A stretch of 64,000 nt of DNA, taken from Octopus sinensis. Its lineage: Eukaryota. A program made the position numbers and the translations under genes. Below are positions 28,031-42,287 of the stretch, in pieces (within the stretch, counting starts at the first letter, position 1; every line of letters starts with the position of its first letter). The notes under the pieces are model-generated. The model made no database searches and was not told the DNA's origin. It saw nothing but the letters and a program-made list of their open reading frames with translations. The stretch is from positions 26,350,001 to 26,414,000 of the forward strand of contig NC_043006.1 in NCBI RefSeq assembly GCF_006345805.1. The letters run 5' to 3'.

Positions 28031-29794
28031 GCTATAATATATTCTAAGCATTTTCAAAAGTAATGTCAGCAACTAGTAAGCAAAAGCTTGCCTGTGAGAT
28101 TACTATTTTCTGGATGTAATCTCAACTGTTTGTGCATATGCCACAGCTGCATTGTTCTAAATATGTTGCTTGTGAAAGGTCACTAACAATTCAGAGTTGA
28201 TGTATTCCTACCCTTACTGGGGAAGTCTAGCCTTTGTGATGAGGTCTTTGATATATTCTATGTGCATTTATATGAAACACCAAAAGAATTTGTAAAAACT
28301 AAAATAGTTTTAGTTTGTATTAAGAATAGGGAGATTGTGTGTTTCTTTGAGATACAAGTGGTTGATTTGGTGCCACTAAACGAGGCTAAGTTATTATATG
28401 CCCATTATGCTTAGTTTTCAGGTCAATAATACTTATGTGCATAAGAGACAGAAATTGTAGAGGTGAGAAAAAGATCAAGGGTGTTTGTAAAGTCAATGGG
28501 TTAGTCAAAAACACAAACTAAAAATTGACCCCAACTCCATGTTTCATTTTATTCTTTGTCAGAAGAAACCTAAAAGGATTCATTCCTTACACATTTTCAT
28601 TATCTTTTTCTGTTGACTACAACTAATGTCACATACATGTCTTTTAAAGCTAATAATACCTAAGTTATTCCTCTTCATACAAGTACAGTAAGCATTGGAG
28701 ACCAATACTGTTTCTGCTCCTCCATTATGGACAATGCTAACAATAATGACGCTCAACACAGGGACAAGACCACACATTTTTTCAAGGTGATATAGTTGAT
28801 CAAACTGACTGGAGTATTTGGTAAGTACCTTATTTCAAAGTACAATGAAAGGATGAAGGGCAAAGTAAACCCCAGCAGGGTTTGGAATCTGAATGCAAAG
28901 GAATACAAACTGACTGGACCATATTCTTCAAAGAATACTTACAGCTACTGATTCACACCAAAAGTGAGATATTAATTTAAAGTTTTGCTCATATGATACT
29001 GTATACTCTTTAAAACATCAACTTAACAATGAATATAAAATATTTTATTGCCACTCCTTTTTGGTTAGGTCAATGTAGTTTCAAAAACACCTATTTCAAG
29101 ACCTACAAAAAATTTTGTAGGCCAAGTATTTTTTTTTTACTAGTAACTCACCAACTAATGCATTACTTATGAAAAAAAAAATAATTTCAGGACATTTTCA
29201 CTAACATTGATCAAATTGTAGTAACATTTGAAGCCTCAACAAGCTATGTATCAATGATCTAACAGCAAATAAACCATCTGAACATCAATTTGCTGCTGAA
29301 AATACTGCTCTTCTTACAGTGTCTTTATACTTAATCACTGCTGATCAAATGAAGAACACAAATCTACACTGCAAATAACACCTGTTTCAAAACAAAATAT
29401 TGAAGCTTAATACTGTTTTGGACTGACCTAATAAAATGCTATCTACTCTTATAAAAAAAAAAAGGAAAAAAACAAACAAAATCTTTGTTCAGGAAAATGA
29501 AAGTTGGAATTTTGAAATATAAAAAAACACTGCATTGAAATGTAGATGCAATTTTTACTTTGTGTCCACTTTCAACTTTTGTTATGTTTTTTTAACAGCA
29601 AACAAACATTAAATGTATTTCTTCAGAAACAATTTAAAAAAAAACATTTTGTGTAATAAGTGTATGCTGAGTTACATAAATGACATGTATTACTTTTGGC
29701 AGAAGCTAATTCCTGGCGACTATTGGAGGTTTCCAACTAAACCAGCTTTGCCAGATTTCTAGCACTAACTTTCACGCAAAATCATGTACTAAAG

Positions 29795-30195
29795 ATCTTT
29801 ACTTTTATTTTTACATTCCAGTCAGTGGTCTGCAGTCATGCTGAGATATTACCTTGAAGGGTTTTAGCTAAACAAGTCACCTCTAAAATTTATTTTCTAA
29901 AAATTTGGTACTTATTCTATCAATCGCTTTTGCCAAAACATTAAGTTATATATTCATAAACAAACCAACACCAGTTGTCAAGCAGTGATGGGGGTAGGGG
30001 GTAAATACAAACACACACACACACACATGATGGGCTTCAACACAGTTTTCTTCAACCAAATTAATTCAGAAGAGATTGGTAGACCTAGGGATATAATAGA
30101 AGACACTTACCCCAGTTGCCATGTAGAAGCAATGAACCCAAAATTATGTAATTGCAAAGCAAGCTTCTAAACCTCACAACCAAGCCTGCACCTAC
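29795..30195 (-). mobile_element. tRNA-derived SINE family A (diverged)
   Basis: Reverse complement of the 41703-42062/49638-50248 family, with internal (CA)n. Confidence 0.7.
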
Positions 30196-33100
30196 GTTCA
30201 TCTAAATTACAATCTGTCAACTTATCTTTACCAATTCCACATTAAAGAGAAGTAGAACTGTTGAATAGACACTTCATCACAAACTAAAACTCATGCAAGA
30301 ACTAGTTGAAAAATCCCTTTTGAACTGAATTACTGGCAATTTATGACAGATATTACTTTTCAGTTAAGGAAACAATGTAAAATCCTTTGCCAAAAAGAAA
30401 AATACATTTGCTAGGTTAACAGATACTTGCAACTCACCATTTAAAATTTATCCATAAAAGTTGAGAAAACTTATGCACAAATAATCAATAAGAAAATTGA
30501 ACATGGAAACATTGAGGCAAAATAGTATTTTGTACAGCTAGCAACCCATACGTCCCATGCCTGTTAAATGCAAATTAATGAAATAAATGTTTAATTGATG
30601 GAAGTTCAACTTAAATATTTGTCCATTATCTCAAATCAATTGTACTTCATTAGATCTGTAAACTGGAGAATGTGGACGGAATTGTGCACTTGACTAGAGT
30701 TTCTAGTCAGTGAGTCTGCTTGGAGACATCAAACACCCAGTTCCATAACTTATTAATTTGGCTGCTACATGGAATAAGTCAAATTCTTAAAATACTTTCT
30801 TGCTGGTTTGTAAACAATTCTATAAAGGCATCATGTATGAATTCATAACTTAAGACCATGTAGCCGAGAAGTTCACTTCCCAACCACTCAAAAAGCTGAC
30901 CAAAGCCTTTTGAATGGAATTTGCTTAACAAAAATTGAAAGGCTCGTTATATATATATTTTTGTACATTTGTATCTCATTGACTTGACATTGGGTAATAG
31001 TTGTAAATGAACCTCACCGTCATGGGAAGTATTATCTTAAGTGAAAATGGATGAGGGTTGGCAACAAGAACATTCAGCTATAATAATAAAAAATCTTCCA
31101 GCAACTCTCTGATGACCCATGAAAGCATGGAAAACTAAGTTTGAACTGGTAAGACACTGCAGGTGTTATTTCATATTCACATAAGGTACATTAATCATAA
31201 AAGACTTGGGGATTACTTAGATTTTTATGAAGATTTTGACTCCAGTACTTTTACCATAGATTTTAAAATTCAAATCTTGACAGGAATACCAACTTCAAAC
31301 GCAATAAAAAAAAAACAACCAATTAAGTCATATTTATAGCAAATAAATGGAAAAATATCTTAGAAAACTAGGAAAGAAATCAATGAAACATTTTCCATTA
31401 ATCTTCCAATATTTCTATTGTAAGTATGAAAACTGAACAGATAAAAACAGTTACAACACGAAACAAACAATTCACTGTTATATACTGAAAATATTTTTTT
31501 AAAAGGGCACCGTAATGAAGTATGTTACTGCCTAAATAACTAAAATAATACATTAACAAGTGAAGGAACTCCTATATTTCTTTTTAATTGACCTTTCAAA
31601 AACAATCTGAAACTAGTAACACAAAAGAGAAACTCTCACCAATGCTTCTGAACAAAACATATGGAAATCTGTACCAACATATTCATTTAAACAACTTTAT
31701 AAAAATTTCGAATGAAAGTAAACTTTTAAACAACTTCGAAAGCATTACATACATCTCAAGAAGCAGAATTTTATATTCTTTAAACTTTAAAATATATAAG
31801 TAATATTTTCAATATTTCAAAAATACAAATAAAATTCTACCATGTATCAAATAAGTTTCATAGCCATCTTTAAAACTCCTAAAAAAATTAAAATTATCAT
31901 CATTAAGTCAGCGGCACGATTAAGAGCAAATCAAGTATGATTACAAACAGATCGCAGTTAATGCACAAGAGAATGTATAAGCATTTAGTTTAGAATCCAT
32001 GTTATTTAATTAAAAGCAAATTTTTTTTAGACTTTTATCCCTCGAGAAAATGTAATTATAATATATGTAATAGTATTAGTTGTAGTGTTGATCATATTTA
32101 GAGTTGTAAGTATAGTTCCTGTTGAGTGTTACAAGTAGTTGTCAAGTTGTTAATGACAATGTAGCAGCAATCTAAATGCTTCCAACTTCGTGATGGTAAA
32201 TTGTGCTGGCACCAACACGATTTAAGTCATGGATAAAGCTGTCGCTGATGTCAGTTTTTTTTTTTTCTTTCTAGAATGAATATATTTGATGAATTTAGAC
32301 AATTATTTTGTTTTATTTCTTACATTTAAAATATCAGAGATGAGAAAAGACTGACCATCCTCTTTTCTACTCATTATATCAGTTCTCGTTGTAATGAAAT
32401 CAGTTCTACATTTTCTTAATGATAAATAAAAAATGGGGGAAAAAACGATGTTTTTAGCATAACTTTATTAAATATTAAATTCGAAACAGAAAAACTGAAT
32501 AAAAAATTTAAAATGTATTAATATCAAATAGTTATTTAGCAATAAAATATTAAAAATAGGTTTTCAGTATAACATACGATTAAACGTCGAGAAAATCTAG
32601 TATCAATTTTAATAAAGCTCATAAAAACTGAAAAATATTATTCAAAGTTTTAACAATTTAAATACAAAAGAAATTTCAGATAGATTTAAGAATATATGAT
32701 TTTAATAATGCCCTAAACATTAATTTCTTGCCCTTATATAATAAATATTATAAACAACAAAAATCACCATAATAAGATTTGATCATTTTAAATGCAATGT
32801 CAGTAATTTGTTAACTTTAATCTGATAAATAACCTATTTTTATACGAAGGCAATTAAAAAAAAATGAGTGCAATTTGATCTCACTTGAAGCATGTCAAAG
32901 GATTAGAAAAACATTGATTTCAATATATTTTAAAATGAAGTCTCGTTTTCTTTCAACCGAAGCAGAATATAAAAATGTTGATTAAATATACAAACGAAAC
33001 GCAAAAAGAACCCAACTACTACAGCTTAACTGTTATCCACACAATAAGTTTCAATATCAGTTTATGTCTCCGTGTGTCATTAAAAAATATGTCACCGATT

Positions 33101-35269
33101 TTAAGTGATATATATACCACAATATATCGCAAACTGTAGCACCTTGTTAAACCTTTACATTTCAATGATTCAATTAGGAGAACCTAGCCGAATGTAACTT
33201 AAAGAGTAAACACACAGCAACATAAACAGACTAAAAATAAAATAAACTGATTAACTGGTCGTCTAAGTGTCTATAAAAATCCATTCAGAATTCATTTACA
33301 GAATATCTCTAAGTACTCGTCGCAATACCATATCTAACAGAAATTGAACTAATTAAAAGGCGTATTCTGTCCTGAATATACAAATCTACTAAAATAATTG
33401 CAAATCTTAAAATTTTCTAACAAGGGCCTTAAGCAACACATTCTACATACAACCTTCAGAAAATTTAAGGTCAACAAATTAAATTTAGTTAAGATTTATT
33501 ATAAATAAATATCTGAAAATCAATAGAAATGAATTGGGTAAAAAAAAATATCTGTTTGGTTTATTTCGCAAAATTAAAAAATAAAACAATTTCAATCAAA
33601 ACTGTATGCACACAAGCCCTACTTGAGAATAATTGATTATTCTGTATATTTATAAATACAACAGCTGTTAAATTACATTATTTAACAAGAAATATTAAAA
33701 TATTATACAGCATCATGCTTAGAATACGAACTAAGAAGTTCATTAAAAATGCCTAACAAGAATTAAAGAAAACAATGTGATCAACAGAATAAGAGACAAA
33801 ACATCAATTATGTAACTAAATAGATTAATCTTTAACAGAGTAAATCAACTTGTCAAAATATTTTGAAATTCTTACAAGAACGCGTGTAAATTAAATATTT
33901 TTTCCAATCTGATACAAAAAAAAAGGGGTATGACAACAGTTAAGTTGACAAACATCAATACGATGCTTTATTTAAACAATATAACTATAAAGTATTACTT
34001 ATACTCGATATGTAAACTGACATCGCTAATAATGAGTGAATGTCAAGACAGCGAAGATAACTTCCTCACCCCTCAACTAATTTACACGTCACTGTCAATT
34101 GATATAATTATACGACACACGAATGTTAAGACACTTTTAATTTTATAAACATATGCAATAAACAATTATGAATTATTTCCTTTGAATGTACTGACTTCCG
34201 TTAAAATGTCAACCAACATATATTCAGAAGCAAGATGTGTTTACTTCGATCTTCATAAATTTCCATTTTTAAAATTAATACAATTATCATATCAAGCAAT
34301 AAAATTTACAATTCAACAATATAATTGTTTACAGAATCAAAGTCATAAGATATCAGTAACTAGATGACAGGATCTGAAATATTTTTCTCTCCTTCTCTCT
34401 CATCATGTTAAAGTGAGCTCTGATTATAACCAAAGAACTTTGACCATGACTGACGATTAACTTGTACAATAATAAAGTTCTACAAACGAAACTAAATAAA
34501 TGTAGAAAAATCTGTGTTGGGTAAAGAGAATCTAACAATAGTTATAATGGTACTTAAAAGAAATTAACCATATAAATGCGTTGCCAATCTCGATCTGTCT
34601 CTCTCCCTCTCTTCCATACATACAGATTTCTCTATATGCCTGTATCCTTTCTAAATATAATTGTTGAACAGTCAAGCTTCTCACAAAAATTTAGGTCACA
34701 ACACGAAGTAGACACATCGCCATCTCTTACTCATACTACTACTACTACTACTTTCAAAACTGCTACTATTTACACGGCAACTAACAACTACTAACAACGT
34801 CGTACCATACTATATACTACCAAACAAATTAGTCGTTTTCCAGTCTTTCAGTGCAAGACCTGTTGAAAGGGATACAAGAATATCAAATGGCAAAACAAAC
34901 CTAATGATATCGAATTCTTTTATTATGCTTATAGCATTTATTTCACTCCCTTGTCAGTGTAGACACATGTATATTATATAAAGCGCAAATAAAACGCACA
35001 AAAGGAGCGGTGATTATTCATATATAATATATACGGTGACTAAATATGATGTATTTTATTCGATTAACACAAAATAAAACTGAATTTTAGAAAGAAAAAT
35101 ACAGAAATTAACTAATTCGACGAAAACGACTGTTCTGGTTTTTATATCTACCACTACATACTAATCGCTTATTAAGGCATCATCACAGGGAGATAGAAGT
35201 AGCTCGTGGTTTTCTAAAGTGTAGTACCTCAGCAGATTTAGGTGAAATAAATGATAAGGGCCGACTCAC

Positions 35270-35327
35270 CTTCGTTATGCGATTTCTGTTCCCAATTGAG
35301 TTGGGATATCCCCATCTTGGCAGCCAT
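35270..35327 (-). CDS. Candidate first exon of a host gene (MAAKMGISQLNWEQKSHNE, phase 1); could be a uORF in a 5' UTR exon
   Basis: AAGATGGCTGCC start context, consensus donor AG|GTGAGT (35264-35269), within TE-free CpG-retaining region. Confidence 0.6.
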
Positions 35328-36700
35328 CTTTAATACTTTACGCGTACATTAGCGTCCTCTGTCGGTGGATGGTGACATTACTAAATCTCCTCCCCCTTTC
35401 ACTCATCATCGTGCCATTTCTCCAACTTTGTCACGCTGTGTACTCCGCCTTTTGCTCCTATCACGTCTACCAATTCTTTCGATACATTCACTTATAGAAT
35501 ATGCGGTATCATATATATATATGTATATAAGATGATTACAATAACAGTTTTGTTTATCATAAATCTTCTGCCTACAGATGACACAAACTTCAATTTTTTC
35601 ACAGTAAATCAAATTGCTGTAAAAATACCTGTTTGTCTCAGTCTGTTTCACAGGAAAATGCGCTTTTGATGTCAGTGGTTCTAATCAGATGACTATGAAA
35701 TGTATATTTTGTAATTCCATTCTGGTTTTATTGTTTTATGTTTAAAGAATAAAAATGCAACTGTATAGAAAATGTCTTTTTACTGATATTCAGCAAACAT
35801 GACAAAAATAATCACTCACAACATAAATAGATTTGTAAATACAACAAAGATTTCATAGAATTTCTGCTTATGTCAAAATAGGACCACTGACGAAAAGAGA
35901 TCGATTCACGCTTTCCAAATGGAGAAAAGTTGACGAAAAACATTTTACAGTAATAATGTAAAATTCTGACATGAAGCTCATTGCAACACATAATCTAACA
36001 AAAATTCAGAAAGAAACTGAAAATAATTTGAAAATAAATAATCCGGTAGTTTGATAATGAGAATTCAAATAATCCATAACTGAGTAAATTAATACTTTAC
36101 AATGTCTTCGATTTTCTCACAAGTATTCCATCACTAATAATAATTGTAATATTATTAACTAGCCACATCATCTTTGTTGATTATTTGCTTGGAACAGGAG
36201 CCATACATATAATTACATTCATGAACCAAGTGTCCACACGAATCTTTTAGTTTGTATTCTTCCGTTATCATAGTTCTAATAGGTCACATTCATAGTAGTC
36301 ATAAATTATACTTTTCTTTAAGCTGATTAATGATAGTTGTAACAGGAAAAATATTCAAGAAATATGTTTACGTTCCAGAGTCAGAATTTCTGGCTCTGCA
36401 AATGGAAATGGATTGGTTTACAAGCAAGCAGAAGACCACGCGGAAATGGCAGCGTAATTCATATTCACTATGTATGGAACGTCAAAAGTGTCTGAATGTG
36501 GTAATAAATCTGAAACGAAAATATCGATTTGATTGATCTTAATTTTTCTATGAACCTTCGAATATAATTTTTTTTAATTAAATTATATTTTTTTTAAACA
36601 TAAAATTTGCAACATATAAAGATGCTGCTATATCTCTTAAGCATCGCAGCGCTATCAACATCATAGATGCAATCGGAACAATCTGTAGCCGATAGAAACA
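35328..36700. promoter_or_regulatory. Putative (possibly bidirectional) promoter in a TE-free, CpG-retaining island
   Basis: CpG visibly commoner at ~32-36.7 kb than in flanks; YY1-like AAGATGGC at exon start; CGGAAATGGC at ~36441. Confidence 0.45.
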
Positions 36701-37789
36701 AAATGGGACCAAAAAAAAAAAACAGAATGTGAACGAAAACAAACAGTTTCTCTAAACTGGCCTGTTACTGTTATGAATTTTTTTTTACATGCAATTTTTT
36801 TTCCCTAACTTGTCTTTTGGCTTCTTGAAAAATACTGATAAAAATATTTTTTAAAGTTATTACCAAATTTCTAAATAGTTTATCATAAAAAACATAAAAA
36901 CTCATAAAATAATTTCCTCCATAATGAAGTTTACTAGAAAAAAAAAGAACTTTGATAGAATGTATTCAACATTTTCATCATCATTATTTATGTCCATGGG
37001 TTGGATGGATTTTTCCCAGCATAACACCTAAACTCTTGTTGCAATCCAATGCCAGTTCCTTCATGAGGGTCAGCATCATCACTTCGTTTTGTACTTTCCT
37101 CAGTTTCACTTCCCTTTTTCTTGGATAGTTTGGTACTTCTACAATCAGTCATGGAAATGTATTTTAGGAACTAGGGATATACTGAGACTCGTGAGATTCA
37201 GATTAGGAATGAAGTGGGTAGTTAGATGACATAACCCATCGAATGAGCTGAAAAGTAAGAGAAAGCTGATCTCTTATGTACCTACCAATTTCCATCACTA
37301 TCCACAAACAACGGGCATCCTTCATACATATCATATGTTTGTACTATAAACTGATTACTAGAATATATAAATTCATATCAGAATACTTTAAAGAAAGTAT
37401 CTGAAGTACAAAGGAAGTTTTGCATATTCGAAATGACAGTTCCAAGATGAAAATGTTATCATATAAATCCTATTTAAATGTTTCAAAGTGAAGAAGAACT
37501 TTAATGGCTGCAAAAAAAAAAATATTGGAAAATTTAAATAGGGTGACAATTACTAAACACAGATCTCTATGAAATGCATTCTCATGGAAATAATATGCAA
37601 TGATGATGATAATTAAATTATGTGAACAAAATGTATGAACACTTGAAAATAAAGAATGAAGATTATTATCAGTTTGCATGTGTTATGTCAGCAGCAACTA
37701 CAGTGGAGCAAAGGGAGTGACTGCACCCCTGAACACATTGTTCAAAATTAGCACCTTTTCAACAATTTTTTAAAACTCTTTATATATGC

Positions 37790-38512
37790 CTGGCATGCAA
37801 AAAGCACCATTCGAGTGTTGGGCCACACGGAGGCAGTGACAGGTGACCGAGACCTTTGGTGATATACTGTGCTTGTGAAAACCTATCAAGCCAAGTGAGA
37901 TCGTAGTTGTGGCTGATGTCAGTGTCACGTCAATGGCACCCATGCCGGTGGCACATAAAAAGCATCCACTACACTCTTGGAGTGGTTGACATTAGGAAGA
38001 GCATCCAGCCATAGAAACCATGCCAAATCAGATTGGAACCTGGTGCAACTCCCCAGCTTACCAGTTTTCAGCATGATGATGATGATGCCTAAGTAAAATC
38101 ATAATATGTGTGTGTAAAACAAGTGAGATGTAATGAGTGGATAATTTCTGGATGTATTGAAATATGTTGAAAAATAATGTATACTTAGTACAGCCGACTG
38201 GCCATGTGCCAGTGGCACGTAAAAAGCACCATCCGATTGTGGCCATTGCTAGCCTTACCTGGCCCCCGTGCCGGTGGCATGTAAAAAGCACCATCCGATC
38301 GTGGCCGTTTGCCAGCCTCGTCTGGCACCTGTGCCGGTGGCACATAAAAAGCACCTACTACACTCATGGAGTGGTTGGTGTTAGGAAGGGCATCCAGCCG
38401 TAGAAACATTGCCAGATCAGACTGGGCCTGGTGCAGCCTTCTGGTTTCCCAGACCCCAGTTGAACCATCCAATCCATGCTAGCATGGAAAACGGATGCTA
38501 AATGATGATGAT
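37790..38512 (+). mobile_element. Two RTE 3'-tail fragments, the second with 62-bp tandem units
   Basis: GGCACGTAAAAAGCACC units 62 bp apart; TTAGGAAGGGCATCCAG; (GAT)n ends at ~38087 and ~38512. Confidence 0.82.
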
Positions 38513-39589
38513 AAGTTGAAAAGAAAAAGCGTAAGTATGTATTGTGGATAACAGTTTGTTTACATTGAAAATTTGTTATCCAGTTCTTCCTTATAATAGT
38601 CTGCCACAAAGTCATGGAAGGGGTCAGGATTTGCATGAAAGAAGTTTGTTAGTGAATGTGTTCATATGAAAACTATATCTCAGTGAAATTGCTTTGCAAT
38701 AGGCTAAAGGTGACAGAAGGAAACTGTCTGAAAGTGACAGAAGGAATTGACTTTTTTTTACAGATATTATGAATATATACCTGTGTTAAAGCTTGTCATT
38801 GAAATAAAGTTGAATAGGGTTTGCTTAGAAACACCCCATCTTCACCTAAGATAATGACATACTTGAGAGGTTAAACAAATGGATTTTAAGTGCACAATCA
38901 GAGAACAATGGGAGCTAGTGCGAAGACTTAGGTTTTGATCCTTGCACAAATCCTTACATATCTCCCACAATACTCTTGTAGTAGTGAACTTGTCATTAAA
39001 AAGCAAAACACATGAGAAGTTATATTTATTCACTTGAAGAAAATGATACCCATGGAATATGTGTAGTGAAATCGTAAATGTGAAGAACTAGCTGTGTGCA
39101 GGGGAATTGCAAGATATTAGTGTTGGCTGAAGGTTAAATACAGGCTATCATAAGTTGCATGGAAATACAAATAACAGAATAAGGCGAAAATGGTAAACTG
39201 CCATTCAGTCAGAGAAAATAGAGATGTGCTGTGTGAAGATTTGACAATCTTCAAAGCAGTGAGTGGAAAGTATACGTGAACCTCATGTGAATGCATGTGT
39301 GTGAAGCTCAGATGCATGTGTACATGCAGAGAATAATGTCCATAACAAAAGATTTTATTTTTCTCTCAAGTACTCTAGATTTCAGAGCATGGCGGTTGAA
39401 GTTATGCTGGTACATGAAAATACATGCATGCATTGGTTAATGTTCAGAAGGATATGTGTAGCAACATTCAGAGGATGACAGATGGGACGTACAGGCTTGG
39501 AGACAATGAACGTAACTCAATCTATATTATGAATATATACCTATGTTAAAGCTTATGTCGTTGAAACTAGAGATTTGGAAAATCTTGTG

Positions 39590-40880
39590 GAGAAACACGT
39601 GTGACCATTTGACCAGATAAGGTGTGGTGCCAATGACTAATTCTGCCAGTGTATATGATTTCTTCCCTGATGGTGGAATGAAAAGGTGTTCCAACTAATT
39701 ATTGCTGTCATAGTGTGCTTTAAGCACAGACTTCGTCTGTCAGTGAAAACGTTTAACCATGCTGTTGGCCATGGGATCATAGGTTGTGCAAATGTTTTTA
39801 CACCCAAGATGTGTCAGTTTGGTGAACAGGGGAGACTTAAGCTGATGCTTTCTCTCCATTGTGATTGTTGCAGGTATAGCTAAATGTGTTATCCAGTGAA
39901 ATATCAGACTTTTGGCAGTAGATTCCACTATTGAAATATCAAACAGAGAAAAGACTTCAGACCGTCAGGGAAATCAGTTGATGCAGGTTAGCAGATGCAT
40001 ACGATTCTGAGAAGGAGGCTGTGGTCCTCTTGTGTTGATATACACATGTTGGAAACAGTCAGTGGGTGTCTTAAAAGAGTTAGGTAGCAACTTGGCATGG
40101 TAGTGTATTTTGGCTGTTTGACAAATGACACAGCTTCTAGCCTATTCCTGGGTGTCCTTGTCGATAGCAGTCCATATAAATGGGTCGATATTTATTTGGA
40201 ATTGACACCAGGATGTGTCAAACAGGGCAAAGCAGGAAAAAGGCTTGATGTCAATATTCCTGTGGTACATATTGGTGTTCAAGTTCCTGATTGGTAGAGA
40301 TGTCACACTGAATATGACCCACAGAAGACAGTGGGGAAACCAGCTGGATTTCAAGTATGAAGAATTCCAGAGCTTTACAAGTTTTTCATCATTTTCCTGA
40401 TCAATTGTGATTTGTTGAAGATCAATAGCAACAGTTGTATGTAATGCGATTAATTATATGTGGAAAAGTACAATAATTGCTGAAGAAACCCTTGATGTAA
40501 TGTATGTCCATGGTATACTGTGATATAAAGTTGAGATGGTGGACTTTTCTAGGTGAGTAGTGATTAAGCTTCATGTTGAATGTGGATGCAAGTGGTCTAT
40601 GATCCATATAGATAAGGAAAACAGAACCTTGCAGCATGTGTCAAAAATGTTTGACATTTAAGTATATTATGGATAATTCTCATCCAAAAGTACTATATTT
40701 AGATTCAGCTGGTTTCAGTCACCTGGAGAAGAAAGGCAATGTTAGCCAAATCCATAAACCAACTGTTGTAGTGCATCACTTACGCTGACATTGGCTGCAT
40801 CAACCAAAAACAGAAAAGAGCACCAGATTTGGGATGAACCAGCATCTTAGCCCCAACCAAGTACTCTGCATGTGGACTCT
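39590..40880 (-). mobile_element. Ty3/Gypsy pol remnant (RNase H, integrase)
   Basis: KYSTF..EL..HMLQGSVFLIYMDHRPL..HLNFISQYTMDIHYIKG; FQHVYINTRGPQPPSQ..LLTCIN; TTYDPMANSMVKRFH. Confidence 0.82.
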
Positions 40881-41339
40881 GCCTTAAGGAAGCCCTCCAA
40901 ATATTAATCCATGATTCAGCACAATTACTTAATAGACAACATGAAACATTCTCTTCCTGCAAACATAAGTTCTATCATACCTTTAGGTTCTTCCACAGGT
41001 CCAAATGCAAGCAAAATCAACACATGTGACACCTGTCTCTCTACATTCACAGTTGTAACAGTATATGTATGTATTTCCTTCATTTATTAATACCTATTCC
41101 CTTAACATATGTATCTTTGAAATACTCTGGCTACACTAATCTTTTTGATTGTTAATTTTTAACCTTTAATTTTAAATATATTCCCTCTCCTAAAGTTAGG
41201 CATCTGTTTCTAGCATTTTAGCTCTCTTTACTGACCACTGAACTAAAGTTAAATATTCTATCTGACCATACTGAACCAAGAATTTATCTATCTATTTAGT
41301 TACTCTTTAATAGCCATAAATGCACCTGCACCAAACTTC

Positions 41340-41560
41340 TGTGACTGTTTTGGCAGGATTTTTATAGCTGGATGCCCTTCCTAACACCAGCCACTCAGCA
41401 GAGCGGACTTAGTGCTTTTTATGTGGCATAAGCACAGGCGAGGTGAGTTTTGGCAAGGATTTTATAGCTGGATGCCCTTCCAAACACCAACTACTTTACA
41501 GTGTGGACTGGGTGCTTTTAAGTGGCACCTGCGTTGACAAGGTCACCCAGTACTTCCAAG
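41340..41560 (-). mobile_element. Tandem pair of RTE 3'-tail fragments
   Basis: TTTTGGCA(A)GGATTTTTATAGCTGGATGCCCTTCC occurs twice. Confidence 0.7.
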
Positions 41561-41564
41561 ACAA

Positions 41565-41604
<40 letters not shown>

Positions 41605-41702
41605 ATATTTATGAAAATCTCTTATATCCAGTTCAACACACTAATCATGGTCATAGATATCCAGTGATTATTTTAGATTTCACAAATTTATTATAAATCT
41701 CT

Positions 41703-42062
41703 GAAGCTTGCTTCACAACCAAATGACTCTGGGCTCAATCTCACTGCCTGGCACCTTGTGCAAGTGTCTCCTAATATAGCATTGGGCTTGTGAGTGGATT
41801 TGGTAGACGGAAACTGAAAGAAGCCCGTTGTATACATATATATATCTGTGTATGTATATGTTTGTGTGTCTTTCTTTGTCCCCCTAACATCACTTGACAA
41901 CCGATGGTGGTGTGTTTACGTCCCCATCACTTAGCGGTTTAGCAAGAGAGACCGATAGAATAAGTACTAGGCTTACAAAGGAAAAGTCTTAGAGTCGATT
42001 TGCTCGACTAAAGGTGGTGCTCCAGCAGGGCCACAGTCAAATGACTGAAACAAATAAAAGAA
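41703..42062 (+). mobile_element. tRNA-derived SINE family A
   Basis: GAAGCTTGCTTC..GGCACCTTG.GCAAGTGTC..GAAAGAAGCCC..(TA/TG)n..GGTGGTGCTCCAGCAGGGCCACAGTCAAATGACTGAAACAAATAAAAG. Confidence 0.85.
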
Positions 42063-42082
42063 TATATATATATATATATATA

Positions 42083-42287
42083 CTGGTGTCATGCAAATGG
42101 CACCCATGCCAATGGCATGTAAAAGCACCCATTACACTCTCAGAGTGGTTGGTGTTAGGAAGGGCATCCAGCTGTAGAAACCATGTGAAATCAGACTAGA
42201 GTCTGTTGTAGCTTTCCAGTTTGCCAGCCCTGGTCAAACTGCCCAACCCATGCCAGCATGGACAACGGCTATTAAATGATGATGATA
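42083..42287 (+). mobile_element. Orphan RTE 3' tail
   Basis: TTAGGAAGGGCATCCAGCTGTAGAAA..CCCATGCCAGCATGGA..(GAT)n. Confidence 0.8.

Noticed and set aside
35884-35945. CTGACGA followed by GAAA-like runs
   Set aside because: No stem II or stem III pairing; likely chance. CTGATGA at ~4276, ~27217 and ~43674 rejected likewise
28580-37679. Short 60-80 aa ORFs in AT-rich intronic/intergenic DNA
   Set aside because: No recognisable motifs or splice support; expected by chance
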